Virus record (IMG/VR): IMGVR_UViG_3300020473_000035
Coordinates: 1 to 55,099 of that record
Length of the DNA: 55,099 nucleotides
Strand: one strand, 5' to 3'
From: a virus
Lineage: Duplodnaviria > Caudoviricetes
Below are positions 22,526-32,331 of the stretch, piece by piece. A program made the position numbers and the translations under genes. Under the pieces are notes generated by a model. That model was not told the DNA's origin, searched no databases, and saw only the letters and a list, made by a program, of their open reading frames with translations. Numbering within the stretch: the stretch's first letter is position 1; each line of letters begins with the position of its first letter.

Positions 22526-25500
22526 CTATACTTGTTTTTGATAACTAAAGAACACAGGCACATCTTCCAAGCCCGCTCTTTTGGCGAACCAAACTATATC
22601 TTCATTCCCTGTTATTTTTACTCTCCCATTTTGACCCAGTGCCACATACACAGGCATCTGTGGGCCTTCCTTAATAAAGTGTTTATATCTCCCATCAAAA
22701 TCATTTTTATCGCCACGATAGAATCGTGATGTGTGCGGCCACAGTTCTGCGACGGGCATCATCACGTGATATTGCATTTGGTTGGTGTTCATTGGAGTAT
22801 CATATATTTGAACGCCACCCTCTGCCCAATCGTCAACGACTACATCTAATGATACACGCGGTGTGACCATCTGCGGGAGATATTGATCGTGGGGTGGTGC
22901 AGCATAGCCCAAGCCGCCCCACTCGCGCAGTGCCATATGTGGTGCATCTGCCAATTCGGGAATGCCTCGATCTCTCACTGTCACGCCCGTCACCTCTTTC
23001 TCGATGGACGGCACCAACACAGTATCGCGATAAATATCACGCGCTTGCTGACCAGACAACTCAAACTTGATTTCATACACACGATACAGCGCGTTCTGTC
23101 CCACATTCCGCTCTAAATCAACTCTATGACTAACAGTCGTCACCTCTCGGATACCACGAATCTGGTTTTCAACTTGACTGTCGGTGCCTGCGACATTAGT
23201 ATTAACCACACAACCCAGCGCAACCTTGTAAACGCGTAGATCAATTGGCTCGCGCTCGTTGAGCATCTGATCGATTCTGTCGATTTGCTCTTCAAGACTT
23301 TCATTCACGCTTCCGCGAATAATACGAACAAACTCTTCTCTGTCGCCTCGAACCAAAGCATCCATAGCATTAGAGCGTTCTTCGTCACTCAATCCTTGAA
23401 GTGTATTCTCTGCCTCAACAGACTCCTCGGGAGACATCCCCAGTGTACGTTGCATTACAGCTTTGTCGTCTGCACCCGGCTTCCAATCGCTGCCCCAAGT
23501 ATAACTTCCTGCGTTAGCAACCCCGCCTAGGCGCATCTTGGCGCGGACAATTCCGTCCCATCCGTTAGGTTTATCGCCGTCATTGTCCCATATGCCATAA
23601 GGGCGCGCTGTGCCTTTATGCAAGGTGAGAAGGTAGTTGTCAATTGCGGCCAGTTTTTCAAATCGGCTAAACTTGCCCCAGTTTTGTTGAATAAACATGA
23701 TAAGCAACATGGCTTGCTCTGCGGCTTGATCGCCCTGTTCTGCGCTACTATTGTAGACGGACGATAACGACTGGGTGAGCCAGCGCATGTCGCTACCGTC
23801 GAGCTTGCGCGCCTCTCTATCTTTGACCTCCTTGATTTTGTTATCCAAAAACTGCTCATAAGTGTCAATGACAATCTTGATGATTTGGTTGGGATATCGA
23901 TCAATGAAGCGCATGAACTCGAAAGCACCCTTAATATCAGCCTCATCGGAGGATGCCTCAACAACGAGTTTCATTGTAAAGTAAACTTCCCCTGGCTGGG
24001 GAGGTGTGGTGTTAATTCTTGAGTTTATGTTAAACCTTATCATCGCATGTCCGAAATCAAGCGGCTCGTACGAAGGGCGGTTGTAGCGATCACCGAACTC
24101 AAACTCTAATTGTTGTTCTACGTATCCATTGGCAGCATCAACCAAAGGTTTTGAATTCTGAATGACCATGTTGGTAAAAGGAACGCCGGGCCTTATCATA
24201 CGTTTTTCAATTGTTCCGCTGTTACCAAAAATGCTTCGCAACGCCTCGGGTGTGTTGCCAATAGTCAGAGGAAATTTGCCAGGAACGTAAACGAGTGTGC
24301 TAGGTGTGTTGCTAACATTCACAGGTTTAAAGTTGAACCACACCTCTCCATCGTCATCGATATCATCATTCTCGTCAATACCAAGCACTTCCCAGTTAAC
24401 CAGTTCTTTACTCTGCTCAACAATATCATCAGCCAACCGATCAAAGTCATTAGGTGGAAGGTATCCTCCGAGTACTAAAGCGCGCCGGATCTTCTGGAAC
24501 TTTTCGTCGTATTCATCATCTATTTCGTCTATAAGATTGTCAACAAAACCATCATATTCTTCGGGCGTGCTCCCATTATCGAAATCAAATCGAAACCTTA
24601 CATCAATGGTGTCCGAACTCACATCCCATTCAGTGTTATTGCTGTACTCACCAAGCGCATCGTCTAAGAGTCGCGTAAAGTTACTTCGTACGCCCCAATC
24701 ACCACCCCATGGCTTTGGAATCGGTGTGTGTTCTCGCTCTTCGTCTGGCCAGACATATCCCTCTTCATTGTTGGGATCAACGGCGCCTTCCCACTCAATA
24801 TCAAAGCTAAAATCTACGTCGGCGCCGCCGATTACATACGGTTGCTCGTCCCCCTCGACTTCTGCGTCGAAATGTATATGCTCTGCACGGTTCTGTGCGG
24901 TATTCAACACTTCTTCAAGTTCGTTCTGTGCCTCTTCAAACGGATCGTCTTCATCCTCTGTCTCGTGCTGGACGTTGCTATAGCCGTATTCATTAATATC
25001 TTGTCCAGACATCGAAAAGAAGGCGTCAAGCAGAGGTCCGTCGTTAGTATCTTCATAAGAGCCACCATAGCGGATAAGATAGCGCGCGCGGGGAAGCTCC
25101 AGATGATCATCGTCCATAAACTTGAATTTCTGTGCTTCCCACGCCCATTCTTGGACAGCAGTACGGAAACGATCAGCGCCCTCATCGCCGTATAGGCGCC
25201 TCTCTGGCACGGTAAACCAGTCGCCGCTTGCACTATCAAAGAACTTACGCATGCGTACGCGCGAGGTTGCGCCGATGCCAGGAATTCCACGCTGGGGATC
25301 TCGGAAAATCTCTTGCTGGTCGAAATCAGAGATGGGCACAGGTGTGGGAAGATTGTCGTCGTGTGGCCAAGTTGGCTTATTGTCCAGCTTGGCGTGGACG
25401 GCATCACGCACCATATCGAGAGTAATCATTTCCGTCATCTTGTCACCAAAAGCCCCGCCATAATCGCGCCATCCGTGATTCCACGCCTTAATGTCGGTCT

Positions 25501-26491
25501 TTATGAGGTCCAGCAGAAACTCCAAATGTTCTGTGTCATTCAACGCTTTGTGTGCCGCGTCAACGCGAGGGCGGTAGTCCAGCCAACGCCACAAAGATCT
25601 CTCTGCCTCGCGCTGCAGTTGGGCATCTGTATCGTCTGCTGCAGTACGCAAGAAGCGATCCAGTTCGCTCTTCTTGACCAAATATGCGATCAGTCCGTTG
25701 CCCTTTGATTCTGCCACAGCGCACTTAAAGTGGCTGCGCCCCTCTTTGTGGCAAGACTCCATTCCAGGCAGATCGCTCATCCGCAACACATCAACAGGAT
25801 GACGCGAAAGGATAATACTCCAGTCGTCATCTCGAATGTTGCCCTCGAAAGCATCCTCAATCAAAGTATAGGTATCTTCGTTTTTTGTATAAAAGGTTTG
25901 TTTCTGGCGCCACCAGTCCAACAACTCGGGGCGCAATCTCTTAAACTTTACTGCGTTCTGAATCGCGCGGGACATTGTGGTCTTATTTGTTTTCGTGATT
26001 GTTTCTCCCTCGCGAGGACCAGCGGGGATCGTGTATTCAAACTCTTTGACCAACTCAAAAGAGGCAACACGAACCTCGACATAATAACTCTCAACGGGTC
26101 GCGGATCGGGGTTGGTTTCTGGATCGGGGATCCCAAACCCAGGTGGCAGTTCTCCAACCCTACGCTGTTTCTTTTGTTTAACCTGCTTAGTGGGGAACGC
26201 CACCGCAGGACCATGGTTAACGTAGGGAGGATGCCAGCCTTCATCTTTAAGGACGCGGACAATCTCTAAAATCTTTCCGGTGTCACTGTCATTAAGAGGG
26301 ATAACCTTGCGCATTGCGCCATCAAAAATATCATCGAACTCCGTCTGAATTTCGGGTCCATTGTCAGCCATGAAACTGAACGTTTCTTCTGCTGCATATT
26401 CACTAATCTCGTCAAGACGTTGTGGCTTCTTAGCGCCAGAAGGTTTGATTTGTCGAAGGTTTCTAAACCATAAGTCGGTTGCAATACTCAT
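22526..26491 (-). CDS. large acidic multidomain protein, probable virion component
   Basis: 1321 aa; LxE motifs; C-terminal degenerate ParB/Srx-like segment. Confidence 0.8.
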   Translation of the reverse strand: MSIATDLWFRNLRQIKPSGAKKPQRLDEISEYAAEETFSFMADNGPEIQTEFDDIFDGAMRKVIPLNDSDTGKILEIVRVLKDEGWHPPYVNHGPAVAFPTKQVKQKKQRRVGELPPGFGIPDPETNPDPRPVESYYVEVRVASFELVKEFEYTIPAGPREGETITKTNKTTMSRAIQNAVKFKRLRPELLDWWRQKQTFYTKNEDTYTLIEDAFEGNIRDDDWSIILSRHPVDVLRMSDLPGMESCHKEGRSHFKCAVAESKGNGLIAYLVKKSELDRFLRTAADDTDAQLQREAERSLWRWLDYRPRVDAAHKALNDTEHLEFLLDLIKTDIKAWNHGWRDYGGAFGDKMTEMITLDMVRDAVHAKLDNKPTWPHDDNLPTPVPISDFDQQEIFRDPQRGIPGIGATSRVRMRKFFDSASGDWFTVPERRLYGDEGADRFRTAVQEWAWEAQKFKFMDDDHLELPRARYLIRYGGSYEDTNDGPLLDAFFSMSGQDINEYGYSNVQHETEDEDDPFEEAQNELEEVLNTAQNRAEHIHFDAEVEGDEQPYVIGGADVDFSFDIEWEGAVDPNNEEGYVWPDEEREHTPIPKPWGGDWGVRSNFTRLLDDALGEYSNNTEWDVSSDTIDVRFRFDFDNGSTPEEYDGFVDNLIDEIDDEYDEKFQKIRRALVLGGYLPPNDFDRLADDIVEQSKELVNWEVLGIDENDDIDDDGEVWFNFKPVNVSNTPSTLVYVPGKFPLTIGNTPEALRSIFGNSGTIEKRMIRPGVPFTNMVIQNSKPLVDAANGYVEQQLEFEFGDRYNRPSYEPLDFGHAMIRFNINSRINTTPPQPGEVYFTMKLVVEASSDEADIKGAFEFMRFIDRYPNQIIKIVIDTYEQFLDNKIKEVKDREARKLDGSDMRWLTQSLSSVYNSSAEQGDQAAEQAMLLIMFIQQNWGKFSRFEKLAAIDNYLLTLHKGTARPYGIWDNDGDKPNGWDGIVRAKMRLGGVANAGSYTWGSDWKPGADDKAVMQRTLGMSPEESVEAENTLQGLSDEERSNAMDALVRGDREEFVRIIRGSVNESLEEQIDRIDQMLNEREPIDLRVYKVALGCVVNTNVAGTDSQVENQIRGIREVTTVSHRVDLERNVGQNALYRVYEIKFELSGQQARDIYRDTVLVPSIEKEVTGVTVRDRGIPELADAPHMALREWGGLGYAAPPHDQYLPQMVTPRVSLDVVVDDWAEGGVQIYDTPMNTNQMQYHVMMPVAELWPHTSRFYRGDKNDFDGRYKHFIKEGPQMPVYVALGQNGRVKITGNEDIVWFAKRAGLEDVPVFFSYQKQV

Positions 26492-26509
26492 TTATTTGTG
26501 CTCCACCCT

Positions 26510-26518
26510 ATAAATAGT
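26510..26518 (-). promoter_or_regulatory. candidate late-promoter motif ACTATTTAT
   Basis: Intergenic, immediately upstream of GGAG RBS of the 1321-aa gene. Confidence 0.45.
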
Positions 26519-26532
26519 TGGCTTTTAGTGAT

Positions 26533-26883
26533 TTATCTCCATAGCAATTGGATTAGTGCTATCACAAATGCTAGTCCAACACACACCATAGTCTTAACTG
26601 TAAACATGCTTTCATGTAAAAAATACCAAGTTAAAAATGGGAAGGTCAAATAAGATAGCGCGAAGATCAAGAAACGCGGCCCCCAAACTTCCCCCATCTC
26701 TGCGTATGCCATTTGAATGCCAAGCCAGAAACATAAGCCTGCTGGAAGAGAAAAAGCGAAAAGCGCAAGAAACGGCTTGTCTTTCCACCACTCCCAAACA
26801 AACTGCGAATTTAAATGGAACCAGCCAAATGTCTGTCCGATAGCGAACAAAGCACATGCCATGAGTAATTTAGAAGTTAGCAA
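26533..26883 (-). CDS. 4-TM small membrane protein (SMR/DMT-like)
   Basis: Four hydrophobic segments in 116 aa. Confidence 0.75.
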   Translation of the reverse strand: MLTSKLLMACALFAIGQTFGWFHLNSQFVWEWWKDKPFLALFAFSLPAGLCFWLGIQMAYAEMGEVWGPRFLIFALSYLTFPFLTWYFLHESMFTVKTMVCVGLAFVIALIQLLWR

Positions 26884-27628
26884 TTACAAGCTCCTCCGCA
26901 ACATCTCTTTTTTTAACCTCGCGCCCATATTTATCCACCATTCGAATATTATATTTTTCGTACATCTTAAATAGACGCGCGTGATACTTGTAGACAATGA
27001 CCACTCTCTTATTAAGAGTCTGGATGCGCGATTCCAATTCACGATGGTTAAAGGAGGCATCCTCGGCGCCTCGACTTTTCCCATATTCAAATAAATTAAA
27101 ACTAAATCTACCTGCGGGAATCAAAAGATAATCCGCGCCTCGCGCATTGTGTAACCCCTCTAAACAGTTCTCCGCATTGTCCCACAAGGGAAAAAAATTA
27201 TTCCCATCAAAATTCTTGATGTAACTAAGTGATATCGGATTGAATTGAGTTTTATCTAAAACGCCTGCTGATACTTGATTGCTATCAGAGCATCGATTTA
27301 AGATAAAAAACAATGCAGCACGAGTGCGTTCATTGCCAACTGCTGACCAGTTATCTTGTAAAAAATAAAATAATTCCGTATCAATCTTGGGATAAAATTC
27401 TTCAGCCGCTGCAGCAACCGCTTGATTATTTTCCTTTAAAGCCTTCCAAAATTCAAATACCCTATACTTGTTTGTGTGGGCCACAACTCTGCGACCTGCA
27501 GCCGCTAGCGCAAGCTCCATTGTTCCGTCATATAACAAGAACGAACTCACGTCCGATTCGGGAGGAATTAGTTTCTTTACAACACTGGTGCCTTTGAATT
27601 GATGAGCTACTCTAAGTGGAGACTTCAT
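26870..27628 (-). CDS. degenerate Dam (D12-class) methyltransferase-like protein
   Basis: RAALFFILNR, FNHRELE and EELVIANF match the Dam fold; FxGxG and DPPY absent. Confidence 0.65.
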   Translation of the reverse strand: MKSPLRVAHQFKGTSVVKKLIPPESDVSSFLLYDGTMELALAAAGRRVVAHTNKYRVFEFWKALKENNQAVAAAAEEFYPKIDTELFYFLQDNWSAVGNERTRAALFFILNRCSDSNQVSAGVLDKTQFNPISLSYIKNFDGNNFFPLWDNAENCLEGLHNARGADYLLIPAGRFSFNLFEYGKSRGAEDASFNHRELESRIQTLNKRVVIVYKYHARLFKMYEKYNIRMVDKYGREVKKRDVAEELVIANF

Positions 27629-27947
27629 CAGCTTGTTCCCTTTCCAAAAACTCCCTTAAGACAGAAGGATCCACATTCTCTTCCATAGGCTGAGATGATT
27701 GAGCTTTAAAAGAAACATAAGAAGCAACAATAGCCGATGCATCGCGTAACGCATGATCAACATCTGCAAGCCGTTGGCGTACACTATCGATCTCTTCGAT
27801 AGTCTCCAAACTCAAGACTTGGCCACCGCCGCTTAAAGGCGCGGGAAGGTTGCGTAGTTTCTCCATTGCGCCGTTAACCATACGCAGCATTTCTTCTGGC
27901 AACTCCTCCATATCTATAGAATATTGAATATTAATCCTTTGTCCCAT
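27612..27947 (-). CDS. hypothetical protein
   Basis: 111 aa, GAGG RBS. Confidence 0.75.
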   Translation of the reverse strand: MGQRINIQYSIDMEELPEEMLRMVNGAMEKLRNLPAPLSGGGQVLSLETIEEIDSVRQRLADVDHALRDASAIVASYVSFKAQSSQPMEENVDPSVLREFLEREQADEVST

Positions 27948-27948
27948 T

Positions 27949-28242
27949 CTAACCTCTCAATAATTGTTTTGCTGAATTCTGAAGTTTTGTTTCAACTGTA
28001 TCGGGGGCACCAATAACTACAATTTCAGTACCTGATTGTCCCCTATTTATTGTCAGCTTGGAAAAACGATGACTCACGTCCAAGCCTTCACTGAGCATTC
28101 CTCGCTCATTTAAATCTTGAATTCTTCTCTCCTCGCGGATCATGACAACATGTTCCGGATTCACAAAGACCTCCCGCAAAGTATAGCTATTGGGTGTCGT
28201 TACAGCACCATTGACACATACTTCTGTTAATCTAACCAACAT
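27949..28242 (-). CDS. hypothetical protein (FlbD-like pattern)
   Basis: MLVRLT...VFVNPEHVVMIRE; GGAG RBS. Confidence 0.7.
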   Translation of the reverse strand: MLVRLTEVCVNGAVTTPNSYTLREVFVNPEHVVMIREERRIQDLNERGMLSEGLDVSHRFSKLTINRGQSGTEIVVIGAPDTVETKLQNSAKQLLRG

Positions 28243-28480
28243 TGACTCCCTCCATTGGATAAACATCTTTTTCATGAACTGCCCATGATTGCCCTCTGGC
28301 ATAAATCTGAATTAAACGATCATTTGTTTTAGTGTTCAACTCTGCAATGCCACCCATACAGATTGCTGTTATGGGGCGCTCTGTGGTCATGTAGGGGGCT
28401 GTATTTTGACTTGCGTCTGACCACAGCATAACCGCCTGTGGGATATAAACCAAGTCGCCTTCATTAAATTTTCGTGGCAT
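28232..28480 (-). CDS. MKVGDLV-related small protein
   Basis: FNEGDLVYI. Confidence 0.7.
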   Translation of the reverse strand: MPRKFNEGDLVYIPQAVMLWSDASQNTAPYMTTERPITAICMGGIAELNTKTNDRLIQIYARGQSWAVHEKDVYPMEGVNVG

Positions 28481-28486
28481 TTGTTA

Positions 28487-30058
28487 CTACTCCGTTTGAA
28501 TAATACCATAATTAGTGGTTATCAAGGTTCCAGCGCAACTTACAGCATTTTGTAATGCCGTTTTAGTTACCTTAACTGGATCTATAATGCCGCTTTCGTA
28601 GAGATTCACTAATTCATCATTGCGAAAATCCCAACCGCTGTCATTAGGGGCGTCGAGAACGTTCTTAATTATAATGTCAGCGGAAAAACCAGCATTGTGC
28701 GCCATCTGTCGCAAAGGCGCGCGGCATGCAGCCTGAATAATACCGCCTGCCATAGCCTGTTCGGCACTTTCAGTTTTCATCACCAGTGTGTTGCTGGCTC
28801 TGAGTAATGCAGTGCCTCCGCCACCAACGATTCCTTCCTGCTGTGCAGACCTAACCGCTTCAAGAGCATCCTCAATTCGATGCTTCTTTTCGGTCATCTC
28901 CACTTCGGTTGCACCGCCGACGCGGATAACCGCCACTCCAGAAGATAAACGAACAATACGATCTTGAATTTGTTCGCATGCCTGAAGCGATTCCGTTTGT
29001 TCAATCAAAGCTTTGAGTTGTTCAATCTGCTCTTCGATTTGTTTATGGTCGCCATGGCCTCCCACTACAGTTGTAGAATATTTGGTGCTCTCGATAAACT
29101 TTGCAGTACCCAAATGTTCCATCTTGACTTCTTGAAGCTTCACTCCACTCTCGCGAGTGATAAAGGTGGCACCAACAGAAAGCGCCAGATCATGCATTGT
29201 GTTGCGCCGCTCTTCGCCATATCGTGGAGCCTTGATCCCTGCAATCTTCATAGTGCCCCTCATGGCATTCATGATGAGTGCGGCCAACGCCTGACCCTCG
29301 ATGTCTTCGGCTACGATAACCAAGGGGCGACCCTCTCTTGCGGCCATCTCTAGAATGGGGAGAATTTGTTCAACAGTGTTAATCTTATAGTCAGTCACCA
29401 GCAGCAAAGGCTCGTCATGATACATCATTGCCCTGCGCTCATCATTAATGAAAGCTCCAGCACAGTAGCCTGCATCAAGTTTGAAGCCTTCGGTAACATC
29501 CAAAGACGTTTCAAGCGAACGCGATTCTTCGATTGTGATAGAGCCATCTTGGCCCACACGATCAACTGCCATGGCAATCAGTTCTCCAATCGTCGTGTCG
29601 TTATTGGCAGAAATAGCAGCGACATGTCTAATGTCCTCAATGCTCGTGACAGGCTTGGCTGCAGCCTTAAGGTTGTTGACAACTTCCTTCGCAGCAATCC
29701 CCAGGCCACGCTGTAATTCTGTAGGTGGTATACCAGCCAGAATATATTTTTGGGCTTCTGTAAGGATAGCTCTGGCCAGCACAGTAGCCGTAGTGGTGCC
29801 GTCACCAGCATCACTATTCGTCTGGATTGCGGCTTGCTTAATCACCTGCGCTCCAGCGTTCTCAAACGGATCCTCCAACGCAACAAATTGTGCGACGGTA
29901 ACACCATCCTTCGTAATGAATGGCGCTTTTCCCTTCTCTTGGAGTAAAACGTTTCGACCTTTCGGTCCTAAAGTTGATGCCACGTTGTCTGCTAATGTGT
30001 TGGCACCCTTAATAATCTTTTGTTGAAGTGTGTCTTTACTCTCATATGCTCTGCTCAT
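28487..30058 (-). CDS. groEL: chaperonin GroEL (phage-encoded)
   Basis: LGPKGRNV, ITKDGVTVA, GDGTTTATV, GIIDPVKV; no GGM tail. Confidence 0.97.
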   Translation of the reverse strand: MSRAYESKDTLQQKIIKGANTLADNVASTLGPKGRNVLLQEKGKAPFITKDGVTVAQFVALEDPFENAGAQVIKQAAIQTNSDAGDGTTTATVLARAILTEAQKYILAGIPPTELQRGLGIAAKEVVNNLKAAAKPVTSIEDIRHVAAISANNDTTIGELIAMAVDRVGQDGSITIEESRSLETSLDVTEGFKLDAGYCAGAFINDERRAMMYHDEPLLLVTDYKINTVEQILPILEMAAREGRPLVIVAEDIEGQALAALIMNAMRGTMKIAGIKAPRYGEERRNTMHDLALSVGATFITRESGVKLQEVKMEHLGTAKFIESTKYSTTVVGGHGDHKQIEEQIEQLKALIEQTESLQACEQIQDRIVRLSSGVAVIRVGGATEVEMTEKKHRIEDALEAVRSAQQEGIVGGGGTALLRASNTLVMKTESAEQAMAGGIIQAACRAPLRQMAHNAGFSADIIIKNVLDAPNDSGWDFRNDELVNLYESGIIDPVKVTKTALQNAVSCAGTLITTNYGIIQTE

Positions 30059-30081
30059 TAATACCTCTGAGTTGTTTATTT

Positions 30082-30110
30082 ATTATAACCGTTGCTGGTT
30101 AAAGTGTCAA
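30082..30110 (-). promoter_or_regulatory. consensus sigma70 promoter of groEL
   Basis: TTGACA-N17-TATAAT. Confidence 0.85.
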
Positions 30111-30123
30111 GTGTTTTTGGAAA

Positions 30124-32322
30124 TTATTCTGCCGCTTGTGGCAATGGGATTACCCTGCTGGGATTGTTTGCGGCTCCTTCTGGCGATTTTTCTTTGCGAA
30201 CTTTCGCTGTCTCCTCGGAAATGGTGTCTGCGTTTTTTTCAGCGTCTTCAGCGTATTTCGACTTATTCATACCTCCGGCAACGTATGTATTGATGTTATC
30301 CTGCAATTGTGCTAAATTGTCAAAAACTGTATTCAGTGATTCATTAATATTTTCAAGCACGACCTTCACAGTTGTATAAACAACATCCTCTCCAATTTGC
30401 AAACTAGCCACTTTTCCATTTTCGTCAGTGTCATATGGCAGTTCTACACCACTCTCTGCGCGCGCGCCACCTTTGCCGTCCTTCATTAATTTCATAAGTT
30501 TGGGTCTAGTAAGTTCAAACTGTCTTGTGAGTTGATAGCCAATCGTAGCCTTCAAAGCTGCCTCATAATACTTTTTGGCGTCAGCCGTTCCAGCTACACG
30601 GATTTTCTTCTCGGGATTGTTGGGGTCGGCCTGTTCTTTATATGCTTCATTGTATGCGCGCTTAAGTACTTCCACTGATTCATCCGATGAAAGTCCCTCG
30701 CCCCCCTCGCCAGTTCCGTATAGTTTATGAATTTTCGCTTTGCGAGGGTTGCTCTTAGCATTGCCTTCACTCTCTTCCGTTGGATAATTATCTGTATACG
30801 CGCTCTGAATAATATTCCTAATTGCAGCCTTATATTGATTTCTTAGGATGGTGTTAACCTTGCCTTGGACGGTTTTGGTCAAGGCCATGTCCGCATTGCC
30901 CGAAACCTTAAATTTTACTGTTTTATCGTTAATTATCAAAGGGTAAATTTCATCTCTCAAAGCAGTATCGTATTTGAATCGTCGCTCGCCGCTCTTTGTT
31001 TTTGCTTGAGCGCTTCCTGCGGCAGTAAAAATAAACACTGGCTTCTCGTCAGAGGATAGATTTTTGTCTCTTCCTACTTTAAAATCTGCCTCTGGATCTT
31101 GGGTATTTGCTTCTTTTTGATCATATTTGTTTGCCAAAAAGTTCTCTACTGTTGTCTGAATGGTGTCTGTATTGACTTTTTCCGGATCAAATTGAAAGGT
31201 GATCGTGACCGGTGTGCCACCAATCTTGTATGTTCCCTCGCGCGAGGCCTCGCCCAACGCTTTATTCACATCATGTCCTGCGCGAACAATTTTCGTCCCC
31301 TCTTTGGCCAAATTATTTTTAAGAGCAGCCTTAAACCTACTGTAATTGTCGCTAACGTTGACGCGGGATTTCGGGGGAAGTTTCAAATATTTGTCCACAT
31401 CAGGGGTTGCCTCATAAGTTTGCTGGGTCTTAAATATTTTGGGCAGTCTCAATAGTTCAGCATCCAGATTAACTGCATCCAGCATCGAAGGCATGTTTCC
31501 TCGTGTGAAGGCGAAATAATAAAAATCCAAACTATCAACCGCCTTATCTTGCTTCTCGCCAACAAAGTTCTTCGCAGCTACAAGATAATCCATTTGGCCA
31601 TCTTTTATTAAGTCATCAACTAGTTGCTTAAAAGAGCCGCCAACCTTAACCGTTTTCTCATCATACAACTTAAGAGAAATGGGTATTGTTTTTCCATTAG
31701 GATAGACAATAATATCTGCGATTGTTGAAGCACCACTGGCAGGCACCTGATGTCCTTTCTCGGCATCCAACAATACTGCCAAAAATGACTCAAACAAAAA
31801 TCCAGCAGACGCCGCATTAAAGTTGGATATGATCATTGAAAGTGTTCTATAGAAAACCAAAAACGACATTGATTTGGCTATATCCAATTCCTTAGCTTTC
31901 GTCGCGGCGTCTTTGATGAAGCCATTTAGCTCATCAATTTTAGCTTTAAAATTGCCCGGGTCGTTCTTTAAGCCAGGAATATTTTCTAAATACATCTTAA
32001 GCGCGTTACGATCCGCAGATGTGGGAATCGATACTTTGTCATCGGGTCCGACTGTGGCGGCAGTTCCCCACCCCAACTCTGTAAACTGGGGTACCGGGAC
32101 ACGACGCAGGATTCTTTCTTTTTCTCTGTAAGCCTTGATGCTGTCGCCTGGATCCTGTGCCGCTGCCTGTTGTGCGGCAGCGGACGACGGCTCCTCCAGA
32201 ACCAAACCAAACGCCTCTTGCAAGTTCATCATCTCTTCGATCATTTCCATCAAAGACTGCGTGGTGATTGTGTTCTTTTTCTTATCGTACTCTTCTTTCA
32301 GAATCTTATTCAAATCAGACAT
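30124..32322 (-). CDS. large hypothetical protein, possible virion protein with PD-(D/E)xK-like domain
   Basis: ILKEE/LQE/VLEE N-terminus; GFLFE...IADII...ISLK. Confidence 0.7.
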   Translation of the reverse strand: MSDLNKILKEEYDKKKNTITTQSLMEMIEEMMNLQEAFGLVLEEPSSAAAQQAAAQDPGDSIKAYREKERILRRVPVPQFTELGWGTAATVGPDDKVSIPTSADRNALKMYLENIPGLKNDPGNFKAKIDELNGFIKDAATKAKELDIAKSMSFLVFYRTLSMIISNFNAASAGFLFESFLAVLLDAEKGHQVPASGASTIADIIVYPNGKTIPISLKLYDEKTVKVGGSFKQLVDDLIKDGQMDYLVAAKNFVGEKQDKAVDSLDFYYFAFTRGNMPSMLDAVNLDAELLRLPKIFKTQQTYEATPDVDKYLKLPPKSRVNVSDNYSRFKAALKNNLAKEGTKIVRAGHDVNKALGEASREGTYKIGGTPVTITFQFDPEKVNTDTIQTTVENFLANKYDQKEANTQDPEADFKVGRDKNLSSDEKPVFIFTAAGSAQAKTKSGERRFKYDTALRDEIYPLIINDKTVKFKVSGNADMALTKTVQGKVNTILRNQYKAAIRNIIQSAYTDNYPTEESEGNAKSNPRKAKIHKLYGTGEGGEGLSSDESVEVLKRAYNEAYKEQADPNNPEKKIRVAGTADAKKYYEAALKATIGYQLTRQFELTRPKLMKLMKDGKGGARAESGVELPYDTDENGKVASLQIGEDVVYTTVKVVLENINESLNTVFDNLAQLQDNINTYVAGGMNKSKYAEDAEKNADTISEETAKVRKEKSPEGAANNPSRVIPLPQAAE

Positions 32323-32331
32323 TTGGTTCCC

